A DNA stretch of 64,000 nt from Clostridia bacterium (GTDB lineage: Bacteria; Bacillota; Clostridia; TANB77; CAG-465). A program made the translations under genes and the position numbers. This document shows positions 30,647 to 39,596 of the stretch, piece after piece. Every line of letters begins with the position of its first letter. Position 1 is the first letter of the stretch. A model generated the notes under the pieces. It was given only the letters and a program-made list of their open reading frames with translations, had not been told where the DNA came from and did not search any database. The DNA lies in contig JAZUNZ010000018.1 of NCBI GenBank assembly GCA_045604405.1, forward strand, positions 69,519 through 133,518, given 5' to 3'.

Positions 30647-31441
30647 TTGGACGAAAAGCTTAAAGACAAAAATTTAGATCAAAACTTAGATAACAAACAT
30701 AAAAACAAGACGTTCTTTTCTGCAACGAAAAATGCGTTAAATGGAATTATACACGCATTTAAAACTGAACGAAATCTAAGAATAGATTATTTAATAGGAG
30801 CATTAGTTTTAATTGTGAGTTTATTTTTCGACTTTACAAAAATAGAACTCATTTGTCTTGTTATAACTGTGGGCTTTGTAATATTTGCAGAGATGATAAA
30901 TTCTACGGTTGAGTATATAGTAAATTTAGTCAAAACAGAATATGATTTAAATGCTAAAGCAGCAAAAGACATTGCTGCAGGTGGTGTTTTGATAGCAAGT
31001 ATAATAGCAGTAATTGTTGCATATATTTTATTTGTAGATAAGATAAAGCAAGCATCTACTGAACTACTTGCAGCAGTTTTAAGCTCTAAAGCACATATGC
31101 TCGTTACGATACTTTTTATAGTAACTATACTTGTTGTTATACTTAAGGGAGTATTTAGCAAGGACAAAGATAACAACTATGTAAAAGCTTTTCCTTCAGC
31201 TAGAGTGGCAATAAGCTTTGCGCTTTCTACTTACTTATTTATAATAACTCAAAATTTAATTGTTGGTGGTGTAGCGCTAGCATTAAGCTTTATAGTAAGC
31301 TCTATTAAAAGAGAGAATGATAAAACTACAATAATACAAATTGTACTTAGTGCGCTTTTAGGAATACTGCTTGTAGTAAGTGTTTACCAACTTACCTTTA
31401 TAACACCTTACTTATCTAATTTTACAATTAAATTATTCTAA
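30647..31441 (+). CDS. diacylglycerol/undecaprenol kinase (DgkA family) with extra C-terminal TM region
   Basis: TERNLRIDY, AEMINSTVEYIV and AKDIAAGGVLIA motifs. The C-terminal extension has a degenerate PAP2-like FPSAR. TTG start abuts the ybeY stop. Confidence 0.75.
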   Translation: MDEKLKDKNLDQNLDNKHKNKTFFSATKNALNGIIHAFKTERNLRIDYLIGALVLIVSLFFDFTKIELICLVITVGFVIFAEMINSTVEYIVNLVKTEYDLNAKAAKDIAAGGVLIASIIAVIVAYILFVDKIKQASTELLAAVLSSKAHMLVTILFIVTILVVILKGVFSKDKDNNYVKAFPSARVAISFALSTYLFIITQNLIVGGVALALSFIVSSIKRENDKTTIIQIVLSALLGILLVVSVYQLTFITPYLSNFTIKLF

Positions 31442-31514
31442 AAATAAATTGAAATAAAAAAGTGAACGTATAACCCTCTAAAATATGTAAAACATATTTT
31501 AGAGGGTGTTTTTT

Positions 31515-32387
31515 ATGGACTATTTTAGTGTAATTGTTTTAATAATAGTAGTATTTATATTTATGGCAGATAGAAAAACGAAAACTTTAGAACAAACAAT
31601 AAAAGAAAACAGTAGTATCTTAGAAGAAGTAGAAAATGTAAAACAAAACATGAAAATAATAACAATCGATTCAAAAGATATGAATTATGATAAATTATTT
31701 AAAAGCATACAAGAAGAAAATTTAGAGGTACAATATATTTTTATTCAAAATAATGAGATGAATTTAACGCATGATGCAATAGACACATTAATTGCAAATT
31801 ACGTTGTAAATGAAAAAAGACCATGTGGTTTTAATTTGATATATAGCTATAATGAGAAAAAATGGTCTATCAAAAAAATATATGTAGATATAATTAATTA
31901 TTTAAATATCTTTAATAGACAAGAATTATCTACGTATGGAATTATAATATTAAAAAAAGAAGATGATTTAAATAATGAGAAAAGGTTTAAAGAAAATTTA
32001 ATATCATATACAGCAAATGAATCTACCAATGTTAATTTTTCAAATAAAGAAATTAAAAAGGACAAATTAAAGAGAATCTATGTTGATAAATTAAATAGGG
32101 CAAACATATCCATAATAATAAAAATGTTATTGTTAATATTTTCAGGTTCAATTATCACGACAAATTTAATATATTCTATATTAAATGTAAATAATAATAT
32201 AAACGCTGTCATAATAGCTTTAGTTATATACTATTGTTATTCATATATAATAAGATATATATATATTCCAATAGGAAAACAAAGAGTAATTGCTTCGTAT
32301 ATATTTCCAATATATTTTATAGCCTACATAATAGTGAGCATTTATACTTTAGTATCAAAAGTTATAAACAAGGTACATGCATCATAA
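31515..32387 (+). CDS. hypothetical membrane protein
   Basis: ATG follows AGAGGGTG. N-terminal TM helix, soluble middle, C-terminal TM bundle. No motif recognised. Confidence 0.5.
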   Translation: MDYFSVIVLIIVVFIFMADRKTKTLEQTIKENSSILEEVENVKQNMKIITIDSKDMNYDKLFKSIQEENLEVQYIFIQNNEMNLTHDAIDTLIANYVVNEKRPCGFNLIYSYNEKKWSIKKIYVDIINYLNIFNRQELSTYGIIILKKEDDLNNEKRFKENLISYTANESTNVNFSNKEIKKDKLKRIYVDKLNRANISIIIKMLLLIFSGSIITTNLIYSILNVNNNINAVIIALVIYYCYSYIIRYIYIPIGKQRVIASYIFPIYFIAYIIVSIYTLVSKVINKVHAS

Positions 32388-32405
32388 TATGTAGTGGTGA
32401 TTAGC

Positions 32406-32540
32406 ATGAAAAAAAGATTTCTTATAGGAATAATTTTAATTATCATTATATTTATTTCATTTATTGTTATAAGGGAGAGCGCTAAAAGATACAACCATCA
32501 AAGACATAGCGTAATAAAAAACTATAACTTTATGAAATAA
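32406..32540 (+). CDS. possible small membrane protein (44 aa), not in ORF track
   Basis: ATG lies 5 nt after GGTGA. MKKRFLIGIILIIIIFISFIVIRES... has a single TM helix. Confidence 0.3.
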   Translation: MKKRFLIGIILIIIIFISFIVIRESAKRYNHQRHSVIKNYNFMK

Positions 32541-32545
32541 TAATA

Positions 32546-32574
32546 TTGATAATTTTTTTTTTTTCGTATACAAT
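32546..32574 (+). promoter_or_regulatory. candidate promoter with a T12 homopolymer in the spacer
   Basis: TTGATA (32546-32551), 17-nt spacer containing T x12 (32553-32564), TACAAT (32569-32574), 18 nt before the GTG start at 32593. Confidence 0.4.
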
Positions 32575-32592
32575 ATGTGCAAGGTGAGATAA

Positions 32593-34209
32593 GTGAAAAA
32601 AGGAATATCATTAGTAAGCGTAATTATATCAATAGTAGTAATGACTATATTAGCAACGGTTGTTGTAACTACAGGGATAGATTCATTTGGTTCTGCAAAC
32701 GTTAATGCGTTTGCAACTGAAATATTAAATATACAAACAGCAGTAAATGAATATTATTATAGATATAATGCGTATCCGGTGGGAACTATTACTGCCATAA
32801 ATGTATCAAGTATGACTGAAAGAGAGTTAGCTCAGTTTAATGGAGAAACAATTGTAAATAACAATATAACACTAAAACTAGTTGACTTAAGCCTAATTGG
32901 AATAAATGACACAAAATATGGCAAACAAGAATATTCAACAGATGTGTATGCAATATCTGAACAAACTGGTAGGGTATATTATTTAGCTGGAATAGAATAC
33001 GAAGGAGTTGTGTATTATACACCAACAGAGTATTTATATACCGCTTTTAATATGCAAGATGTAGTAGATAATAATTTATTAGCACCAAAAGATATAAAAA
33101 CATATGATGTAATATTTACACCAAGTAGTGTAGCTTATACTAATAAACCAATAGTGGTAGAAATAAAACTGCCAAGCTCGGCTGCTGTTAATAAAATTAT
33201 AGCAACTAATTCAAAATCTGTAAGTACAGAAACAGTAGAGGGACCATATAAAGTTTTTAAAGTAAATGAAACATCAACAGATAAAACGGGAAATTATACT
33301 ATAGAAGTAAATTATACATATAATGGAGTTCAAAAAACATCAAAATATGAAGTAACAAATTATGATGCGACGCAGCCCACTATAAGTGTGACAGAAGAAA
33401 AATCTAATGGGTTAAGAAAGATAAATATAACAACAAATGATACAATAAGCGGAGTAAAAACCATAAAATATGTAGAGGCATCGGCGAAAGAACAAGCGTA
33501 TTTTCAAACATATGGAAAAACAATTTCTACGCCTCAACTTATATTAGATTCAGACAGTGATTATACACTTTATGTTGAAGACAAAGCTGGAAACTACAAT
33601 ATATTAGAAGCTACAGAATATGCTATATATTCTGAGGCGGACAATTCCCTTACATTTTTGCGTTCTGGAGTTGAAATTGTAGCAGGAAGTACTTATAGTG
33701 GAAAAGTAGCTACAGCTGTTTATACAGATTTTTATTCTTCAAGTAAGTGGGAGAGCTATAAAGAAAATATAACTAGCGTAATGGTGGAAGATAGAATAAG
33801 TCCTACTAGCACAGCGTATTGGTTTGACGATTTTAAAAAATGTACTCAAATGAATCTGGAAAAGTTAGATATGTCCAGTGTAACAGATATGAATAACATG
33901 TTTGAAAATTGTGGCTATAATGCAACGGATTTTAAAATAACAGGGATGGACAAATGGGATGTATCAAATGTAAAAAACATGGAGCTAGCATTTGGTTACA
34001 TGGGGTATTTGGCAACAAATTTTGATATTGGCAACTTAAGTAGTTGGAATACAGGATTGGTTGAAAATATGAAATCGATGTTTGTAAGTGCTGGTCTAAA
34101 CGCTGATTGGTCGCTAGACTGTAGCAATTGGAATGTTTCTAATGTAAAATCATATGCAGCTTTTAATAAAGACATAGCAACAAAAGTAACACCTCCAAAC
34201 TTTATATAA
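32593..34209 (+). CDS. pilin-like N-terminus fused to a surface/adhesin region with DUF285-type (BspA-like) repeats
   Basis: MKKGISLVSVIISIVVMTILATVVV leader/helix is like the 37606 pilin. C-terminus has repeated WDVSNVKNM.., W(N/D)(T/V)..V.(N/S)M..MF units. Confidence 0.65.
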   Translation: MKKGISLVSVIISIVVMTILATVVVTTGIDSFGSANVNAFATEILNIQTAVNEYYYRYNAYPVGTITAINVSSMTERELAQFNGETIVNNNITLKLVDLSLIGINDTKYGKQEYSTDVYAISEQTGRVYYLAGIEYEGVVYYTPTEYLYTAFNMQDVVDNNLLAPKDIKTYDVIFTPSSVAYTNKPIVVEIKLPSSAAVNKIIATNSKSVSTETVEGPYKVFKVNETSTDKTGNYTIEVNYTYNGVQKTSKYEVTNYDATQPTISVTEEKSNGLRKINITTNDTISGVKTIKYVEASAKEQAYFQTYGKTISTPQLILDSDSDYTLYVEDKAGNYNILEATEYAIYSEADNSLTFLRSGVEIVAGSTYSGKVATAVYTDFYSSSKWESYKENITSVMVEDRISPTSTAYWFDDFKKCTQMNLEKLDMSSVTDMNNMFENCGYNATDFKITGMDKWDVSNVKNMELAFGYMGYLATNFDIGNLSSWNTGLVENMKSMFVSAGLNADWSLDCSNWNVSNVKSYAAFNKDIATKVTPPNFI

Positions 34210-34299
34210 ATAAAATTTGTGTGAAATAATGAAATTATGTTTAATATATTAAATATTTGTGATAATATATAATAGATTTATGAAAGGTAGGTAATAAAA

Positions 34300-34728
34300 A
34301 TGGCAGAAAAGAAAAAAGTTGAAACAAAAGACGAAATAATTGGTGGAGTATCTGAGACAAGTGGAGTGAATGTAGAAATTGCAAGTAACCTTACAATATC
34401 TGAAGATGTTATAGGAATAATTGCAGGACTTGCTGCAGCAGAAGTAGAGGGAGTATCTGGAATGACTCTAGGCTTTGTAGACGGAATAAATCAAATACTG
34501 GGAAGTAATAAAAAATACTCAAAAGGAGTAAAAATTGAATTAGATGGTAATGAAGTAGTAATTAATCTGTATGTTATAGTTAAGTACGGGGTAAAAATAC
34601 CAGACGTAGCATTTTCAATACAAAACTCTGTAAAGGATTCTGTTGAAACTATGACAGGCCTTAATGTAAAATCTGTAAATATAAACGTTCAAGGGGTTAC
34701 TTTTGAAAAAGAAACTGAAATAGAATAA
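34300..34728 (+). CDS. Asp23/Gls24-family alkaline shock protein
   Basis: ISEDVIGIIAGLAAAEVEGVSGM and NINVQGV motifs. 142 aa. Confidence 0.85.
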   Translation: MAEKKKVETKDEIIGGVSETSGVNVEIASNLTISEDVIGIIAGLAAAEVEGVSGMTLGFVDGINQILGSNKKYSKGVKIELDGNEVVINLYVIVKYGVKIPDVAFSIQNSVKDSVETMTGLNVKSVNINVQGVTFEKETEIE

Positions 34729-34922
34729 TTTAAACGGCTATGGTTTTTGCCATAGTCGTTTTGTAATAAAAGCCTAAATACTGCACAGAATATTACAAAA
34801 ATGTTACGTCAATTTAACAATTAACTAACAATGAAAAAAAATGTTGATTTATGAAAAAATATGTGTTAAATTAATAATAGATTTAACAAAAGAAACAAAT
34901 GAGATTTACTAAAGGAGTCGGT

Positions 34923-36515
34923 ATGGGAGCTTGTCTAGGAATTTATTTAGGAGACAAAATAATAAAATATGCGAAGTTAATCCGTGATGAAAAAAGCAAA
35001 GGGATTAGCTTGTATTCTTGTGGAACTAAATATGTTGCAGGTAATAAAGAAGTTGCCATTAGCGAAATAATTGAGCAAACAGGAAGTGCCAATGATTTAC
35101 TATGCTTAAATTTATCAGACTATTCTAGAATGCAAATAGAAGTGTTTAAACAACTAGGTAAAACGGACATGCAAAGTGTTATAGGCTTGGAAGTTTCAGA
35201 CTACGTAACAAGTAGAGGACTTAATGATAAAGCAATAGATTATAGATATATTTTTATGGATTCGCTTATATCTAATGATAGTTACACTGCTGAAGTTGCT
35301 GTAACAGACAAAGCGAACATAAACAGATATTTAGAAAATGAAAAATATTCAAAATTAACAGGCCTATATCCACAAGAGTATATTTTGGACAATATGGTGC
35401 AAGATAATTCTAATTATGTTATAGCTAATGTTGACGAAAAAACGCAATTAATTAGTGTTGTTAATGGCAGAATAAGACAGATAGCAGATATAGACATAAA
35501 CATGCAAGACATATTGAACACAATAGCAGAGCAAGAAGGTTCTTACTCTAAAGCGTGTGATCTATGTAAGAGTATAAATGTATTATCTGATGAGAGTTTA
35601 TCTCCTAACATTGAAAGAGTTATAGAGCCAACAATACAGGATTTATTAAACAGAATAAAGAGCAAATTAGAAGAAAATAAAATTGCTTACGAAAAGATAT
35701 ATTTAAACGGATTAATAAACCTATTTATAAATATAGAGATATTATTTGAACAATTTTTTGGTATAGTTACAGAAAAATTAAAGCCTCATTTCTTAAATTT
35801 AGATGATGTATCTAATATAGCAGAAGCAATAGAGGCAAGTGATGCAATAGCATTAGCATATGAAGGCCTTGAGGGGTTAATATTAGAAGCAAACTTTGTT
35901 CAAAACAAGAACAACAAACAAGCATTTAGTGGATTGTTTAGTAAAGGCGATAAATTAAGTGGCGATAAACCTAAAATGTCAATTATGCCAAATATAAATC
36001 TCGAAAAGATTGAAAAAGCGTTAATGTTTACTAATTTAACGGCTGGGGCAGTATTTGCAGGATACTTTGGTTTTAGTTCGGTTTATGACGCACAGATGAC
36101 AAAAATAGAAAATGGTGTTACGAATAAAATAAATAATTTAAAGCTAGAAACTGCAGAAATAACATCTGATACTAATTATATAAATGAAAATACTAACAGA
36201 TATGTGACTTTAAATAATTACATTTCAGATACTGTTGAAAAGATTAAAGCGGGTAAGATTGGAAAATATACAACATACAATGTTGCTAATTTTATGCAAA
36301 AGGTTGCAAAATATATTCCAACTAACGTTCAATTACAAACAATATCTTCAAATGATAACAAAACAGTTTCGATAGTGGCAAAATCTACTTCGTATGCTGA
36401 ACTTGGTTATTTTATATCTCAATTAAAATTACAAGGTATACTTGAGAACATAAAAACAAGTAATGTTCAAAACGGTACATATGTAACAGTTACGATTGGT
36501 GGTGATTTGCCATGA
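34923..36515 (+). CDS. type IV pilus assembly protein PilM-PilN fusion
   Basis: ATG follows AAAGGAG. Actin-like N-terminal region, one TM segment (TAGAVFAGYFGF), then a PilN-like C-terminal domain. The fusion is as seen in clostridial pilMN. Confidence 0.65.
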   Translation: MGACLGIYLGDKIIKYAKLIRDEKSKGISLYSCGTKYVAGNKEVAISEIIEQTGSANDLLCLNLSDYSRMQIEVFKQLGKTDMQSVIGLEVSDYVTSRGLNDKAIDYRYIFMDSLISNDSYTAEVAVTDKANINRYLENEKYSKLTGLYPQEYILDNMVQDNSNYVIANVDEKTQLISVVNGRIRQIADIDINMQDILNTIAEQEGSYSKACDLCKSINVLSDESLSPNIERVIEPTIQDLLNRIKSKLEENKIAYEKIYLNGLINLFINIEILFEQFFGIVTEKLKPHFLNLDDVSNIAEAIEASDAIALAYEGLEGLILEANFVQNKNNKQAFSGLFSKGDKLSGDKPKMSIMPNINLEKIEKALMFTNLTAGAVFAGYFGFSSVYDAQMTKIENGVTNKINNLKLETAEITSDTNYINENTNRYVTLNNYISDTVEKIKAGKIGKYTTYNVANFMQKVAKYIPTNVQLQTISSNDNKTVSIVAKSTSYAELGYFISQLKLQGILENIKTSNVQNGTYVTVTIGGDLP

Positions 36516-37180
36516 AAAAATATTTAAAATTAATAATATTATCTGCGGTATTAGTTACTGTAATAACATTAATAACTCTTGTTATGATATTTGATATGGA
36601 TTTAGGATTATTTAAAAGCTTATCTATATCAGGTATAGAGCAAAAGAAAATGAGTGTGGACGCGCTAATGCTTGAACAGAAAATGGAAGAAATAAATAAT
36701 TCTCTTGCAAAAGAAAAATTAGAGATTTCAAAAAACTCTTATGATGTGGCAAAACAGACTTATGAGAATATAGATGAATCTACTATTGAAATAGTTCAAG
36801 AGGCTACTAAAGAAGAAAAATACTTTATTGAATATTTGTGGATTGTGTTAGGAAACTACGCTAGCGCGAATAATCTGGGAATTAGCATTATTACACCAGA
36901 CTCTACAATTGTTAGTGAAAATCAAAACACAGAAAATGGACAAAATGAAAATAAGGAACAAACTGAAGGTACAACAAATATAGATACTAGTTTATCATCA
37001 ATCTCTAATGGTATAAAAATAAAGATTGAAGGTAGATATGCTAACGTAGCAGACTTTGTATTTGATGTTGAAAATGATAAATCTTTAAGATTTAGATTAG
37101 ACAATATAAAGATGGCTTATGCAGGCGATAATACAATACAAGCAATATTTGATGTTTTAAGTTTATCTGTATTAAAGTAG
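36512..37180 (+). CDS. PilO-like pilus assembly protein
   Basis: 4-nt overlap with pilMN. N-terminal TM helix plus coiled coil. Called by position and architecture only. Confidence 0.5.
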   Translation: MKKYLKLIILSAVLVTVITLITLVMIFDMDLGLFKSLSISGIEQKKMSVDALMLEQKMEEINNSLAKEKLEISKNSYDVAKQTYENIDESTIEIVQEATKEEKYFIEYLWIVLGNYASANNLGISIITPDSTIVSENQNTENGQNENKEQTEGTTNIDTSLSSISNGIKIKIEGRYANVADFVFDVENDKSLRFRLDNIKMAYAGDNTIQAIFDVLSLSVLK

Positions 37181-37192
37181 GAAGGTGAGATT

Positions 37193-37525
37193 GTGGGAAA
37201 AACAGGTTGGATAATTTTTAGTGTTATCTGTGTTGTCATAGTGGTAGCAGCATTAGTAGTTATGCTAGTTTTAGTACCACAAGTAGAGCATAGTGGAACT
37301 CAGCCAGGTGAATATGAAAATATTGCTAAACAGGAGTACACTTTTAGCGGAAATACAAGTAAACTAGAACAAGAATACAGTATAACTTCAAAAGATGTGG
37401 AAAAAGGTAAAAAGACAGATAAGTATGAAGAAGGAAATATAAATCCTTTTACACCTAAAAACGAAGTTACAATTTATAACGAACCAACATTGGAAAATGA
37501 CATTTCAGGAGAGCTTAGTAAATAA
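37193..37525 (+). CDS. membrane-anchored hypothetical protein in the pilus locus
   Basis: GTG start after GAAGGTGAG. One TM helix. Confidence 0.4.
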   Translation: MGKTGWIIFSVICVVIVVAALVVMLVLVPQVEHSGTQPGEYENIAKQEYTFSGNTSKLEQEYSITSKDVEKGKKTDKYEEGNINPFTPKNEVTIYNEPTLENDISGELSK

Positions 37526-37605
37526 GCACAATAAAATTAGGTTAATTCACAGCCTTACCTTGGCGGTGGTTAATATATAAAATTCATTTATAGGAGGAAT
37601 TTAGA

Positions 37606-38007
37606 ATGAAAAAAGGTATTTCTTTAATCGTATTAGTTATCACAATAATCGTTATGATTATAATAGCAGGAGCTATAATAATCTCTTTAAACAGCACAAA
37701 CATAATAGAAAAAGCTAACACAGCAGTTGATGCTTCAAACGCTTCTGAATTATATTCATTAGTTGCATTAACATACATGAACCAATATGTAAGTTACTGG
37801 GAAGCTAAACAATCTATATCAACTGAAGATGATGCTGCAAACCAAATCCCTAACGCTGCAAGAGTTGCAGCTGATCCAACAGTAGCGGCTATGATAAACG
37901 AATTAAACAACAACACAACTGGAGCAGTTTATTCTGTAGTTGACGTTGCTGGAACAAACAAAGTTAAAGTACAAGTTGTAGTTAACGGTGTTACAACTCA
38001 ATACTAA
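37606..38007 (+). CDS. candidate major type IV pilin (non-canonical leader)
   Basis: Strong RBS (AGGAGGA). MKKGISLIVLVITIIVMIIIAGAII hydrophobic N-terminal helix. 133 aa. Followed by a hairpin. Confidence 0.65.
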   Translation: MKKGISLIVLVITIIVMIIIAGAIIISLNSTNIIEKANTAVDASNASELYSLVALTYMNQYVSYWEAKQSISTEDDAANQIPNAARVAADPTVAAMINELNNNTTGAVYSVVDVAGTNKVKVQVVVNGVTTQY

Positions 38008-38075
38008 TATTAATTAAAAAATATTAAGATTAAAGATAAATTTAATTTTTAAAAAACTAATACGAAAATGTACAT

Positions 38076-38109
38076 AGGACATATGCATAATAAATAATGT
38101 ATATGTCCT
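38076..38109 (+). terminator. hairpin after the pilin gene (possible attenuating terminator)
   Basis: AGGACATAT ... ATATGTCCT 9-bp stem. Weak T tail. Confidence 0.35.
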
Positions 38110-38173
38110 TAGTACTAATATTATATTTGTTTGAGGATTCGTCTTGAAACAAGTATATTAAAAGGAGGGTTAT

Positions 38174-38977
38174 ATGGCAGAATATATAAACTTAATATAT
38201 TCACTTTTTATGTTTATAATAGGAACATTATTTGGAAGTTTTTTTACACTTGCAATATATAGAATTCCAAGAAAACAAGACATAGTAAAGACTCGTTCAT
38301 ATTGTCCAAATTGTAAACACAAATTAGGCTTTTTTGATTGCTTTCCAATATTAAGTTATGTTTCTACTATAGGTAGATGCAGATATTGTAAAAAGCCAAT
38401 AAGTATAAGGTATCCACTTATTGAGTTTGCTAGTGGAATGGTATTTTTAATTATATATTTAATATTTGGCTTTACATGGCAAACACTTGCATTAATAGCA
38501 TGTTACATATATTTAGTGTTAGTAATAGGTGTTGATGTTATGAAGAAAAAAATGACACCTGAAGAAATTGAAGAAGTACAAAATAAAAAGAAAATGAAAA
38601 AAGCTGGTGCAATAAATACAGATGTTATAATAGCTGTAATTATATTTGTAATATTCTTTATTTCTACTATATTTGTAACGAGGAATTATAGCAGCACATT
38701 AATTGAATATGGAAGAAAATCTAATGCTTTAAATATTTGCATGAATAATATAAATGATGCGAAATTTAAAACGATAGCAGCTCTTGTAGACTCATCTGGA
38801 ACAACTGAAGTTGATGGAATAACATACAATTATGATATATCAGTAGAGCCATACGTAAATGATCAAGGCGAGACTTTAGACAATACAAGAATAATAGTTT
38901 CGTCTGTAAATTATATGATAGGCGGAACTGAAAATGCTGTAAGTTTAAGATATATAAAGGTGGAAAATAATACATGA
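38174..38977 (+). CDS. prepilin-peptidase N-terminal (Cys-rich) domain fused to a pilin-like C-terminal half; no recognisable second catalytic Asp motif
   Basis: FGSFFTLAIYRIPRKQDIV...CPNCKHKL...GRCRYCKKPISIRYPLIEF matches the PilD N-domain. After residue ~125 comes KKAGAINTDVIIAVIIFVIFF plus a soluble domain. Confidence 0.6.
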   Translation: MAEYINLIYSLFMFIIGTLFGSFFTLAIYRIPRKQDIVKTRSYCPNCKHKLGFFDCFPILSYVSTIGRCRYCKKPISIRYPLIEFASGMVFLIIYLIFGFTWQTLALIACYIYLVLVIGVDVMKKKMTPEEIEEVQNKKKMKKAGAINTDVIIAVIIFVIFFISTIFVTRNYSSTLIEYGRKSNALNICMNNINDAKFKTIAALVDSSGTTEVDGITYNYDISVEPYVNDQGETLDNTRIIVSSVNYMIGGTENAVSLRYIKVENNT

Positions 38978-39408
38978 TCAAAAGTAGAAAATCTGGAGTA
39001 ACATTATCGTCATTAGTTATATACATAGTACTTTTTACTAGTTTTACAATATTTGTAAGTAACATATCTAGCAACATGAATGAAAGACTTTTTAATAATA
39101 GAGGAGAGGCAATAAATTATTCAGCTCTTAACAAATTACAATATAACATAGATGATAGCGCAGTAAATAGTCAAGATATTACTGTAACTGAGACCGAGAT
39201 AAATTATTCTAATGGAGACAAATACGTATATGATAGTGAAAATAAAATGATACTAAAAAATGGTGGAGTTTTATGTCAAAATGTTGAAGCTTTTACAGTT
39301 AATTTAGAAACAGGAACAAAGGTTAAAAAATTGACTGCCACGGTAGAATTCAATAAGTATTTAAATACCATGACAAGAACAATAATAAGTTGTGTGGAGG
39401 GGATTTAA
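38974..39408 (+). CDS. minor pilin-like protein
   Basis: MIKSRKSGVTLSSLVIYIVLFTSF leader/helix. 4-nt overlap with the upstream gene. Confidence 0.5.
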   Translation: MIKSRKSGVTLSSLVIYIVLFTSFTIFVSNISSNMNERLFNNRGEAINYSALNKLQYNIDDSAVNSQDITVTETEINYSNGDKYVYDSENKMILKNGGVLCQNVEAFTVNLETGTKVKKLTATVEFNKYLNTMTRTIISCVEGI

Positions 39409-39409
39409 T

Positions 39410-39586
39410 ATGAAGAAAATAGGTTCAGCTACCATAGTAATAGTTTTATTTTCAATAATATTTATGCTTTATGCCACATCTACATACGCAGATGTAAGAC
39501 ACTTAAGAAATAAGCATGATGAGTATGAACAGTATATTATAGAAAGATACGAAACTCAGTATAATAATAAAATACAAGAATTATAG
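39410..39586 (+). CDS. small pilin-like/membrane protein (58 aa)
   Basis: ATG follows GGAGGGG. MKKIGSATIVIVLFSIIFMLYA. Confidence 0.4.
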   Translation: MKKIGSATIVIVLFSIIFMLYATSTYADVRHLRNKHDEYEQYIIERYETQYNNKIQEL

Positions 39587-39596
39587 GAGGAACAAA

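Noticed and set aside
34729-34922. Possible c-di-GMP riboswitch ahead of the pilus operon (as upstream of pilA1 in C. difficile). The same question applies to 37526-37605 before the pilin gene.
   Set aside because: I could see no recognisable GEMM-I/II conserved cores by eye. A covariance-model scan (Rfam/Infernal) would be needed to settle this.
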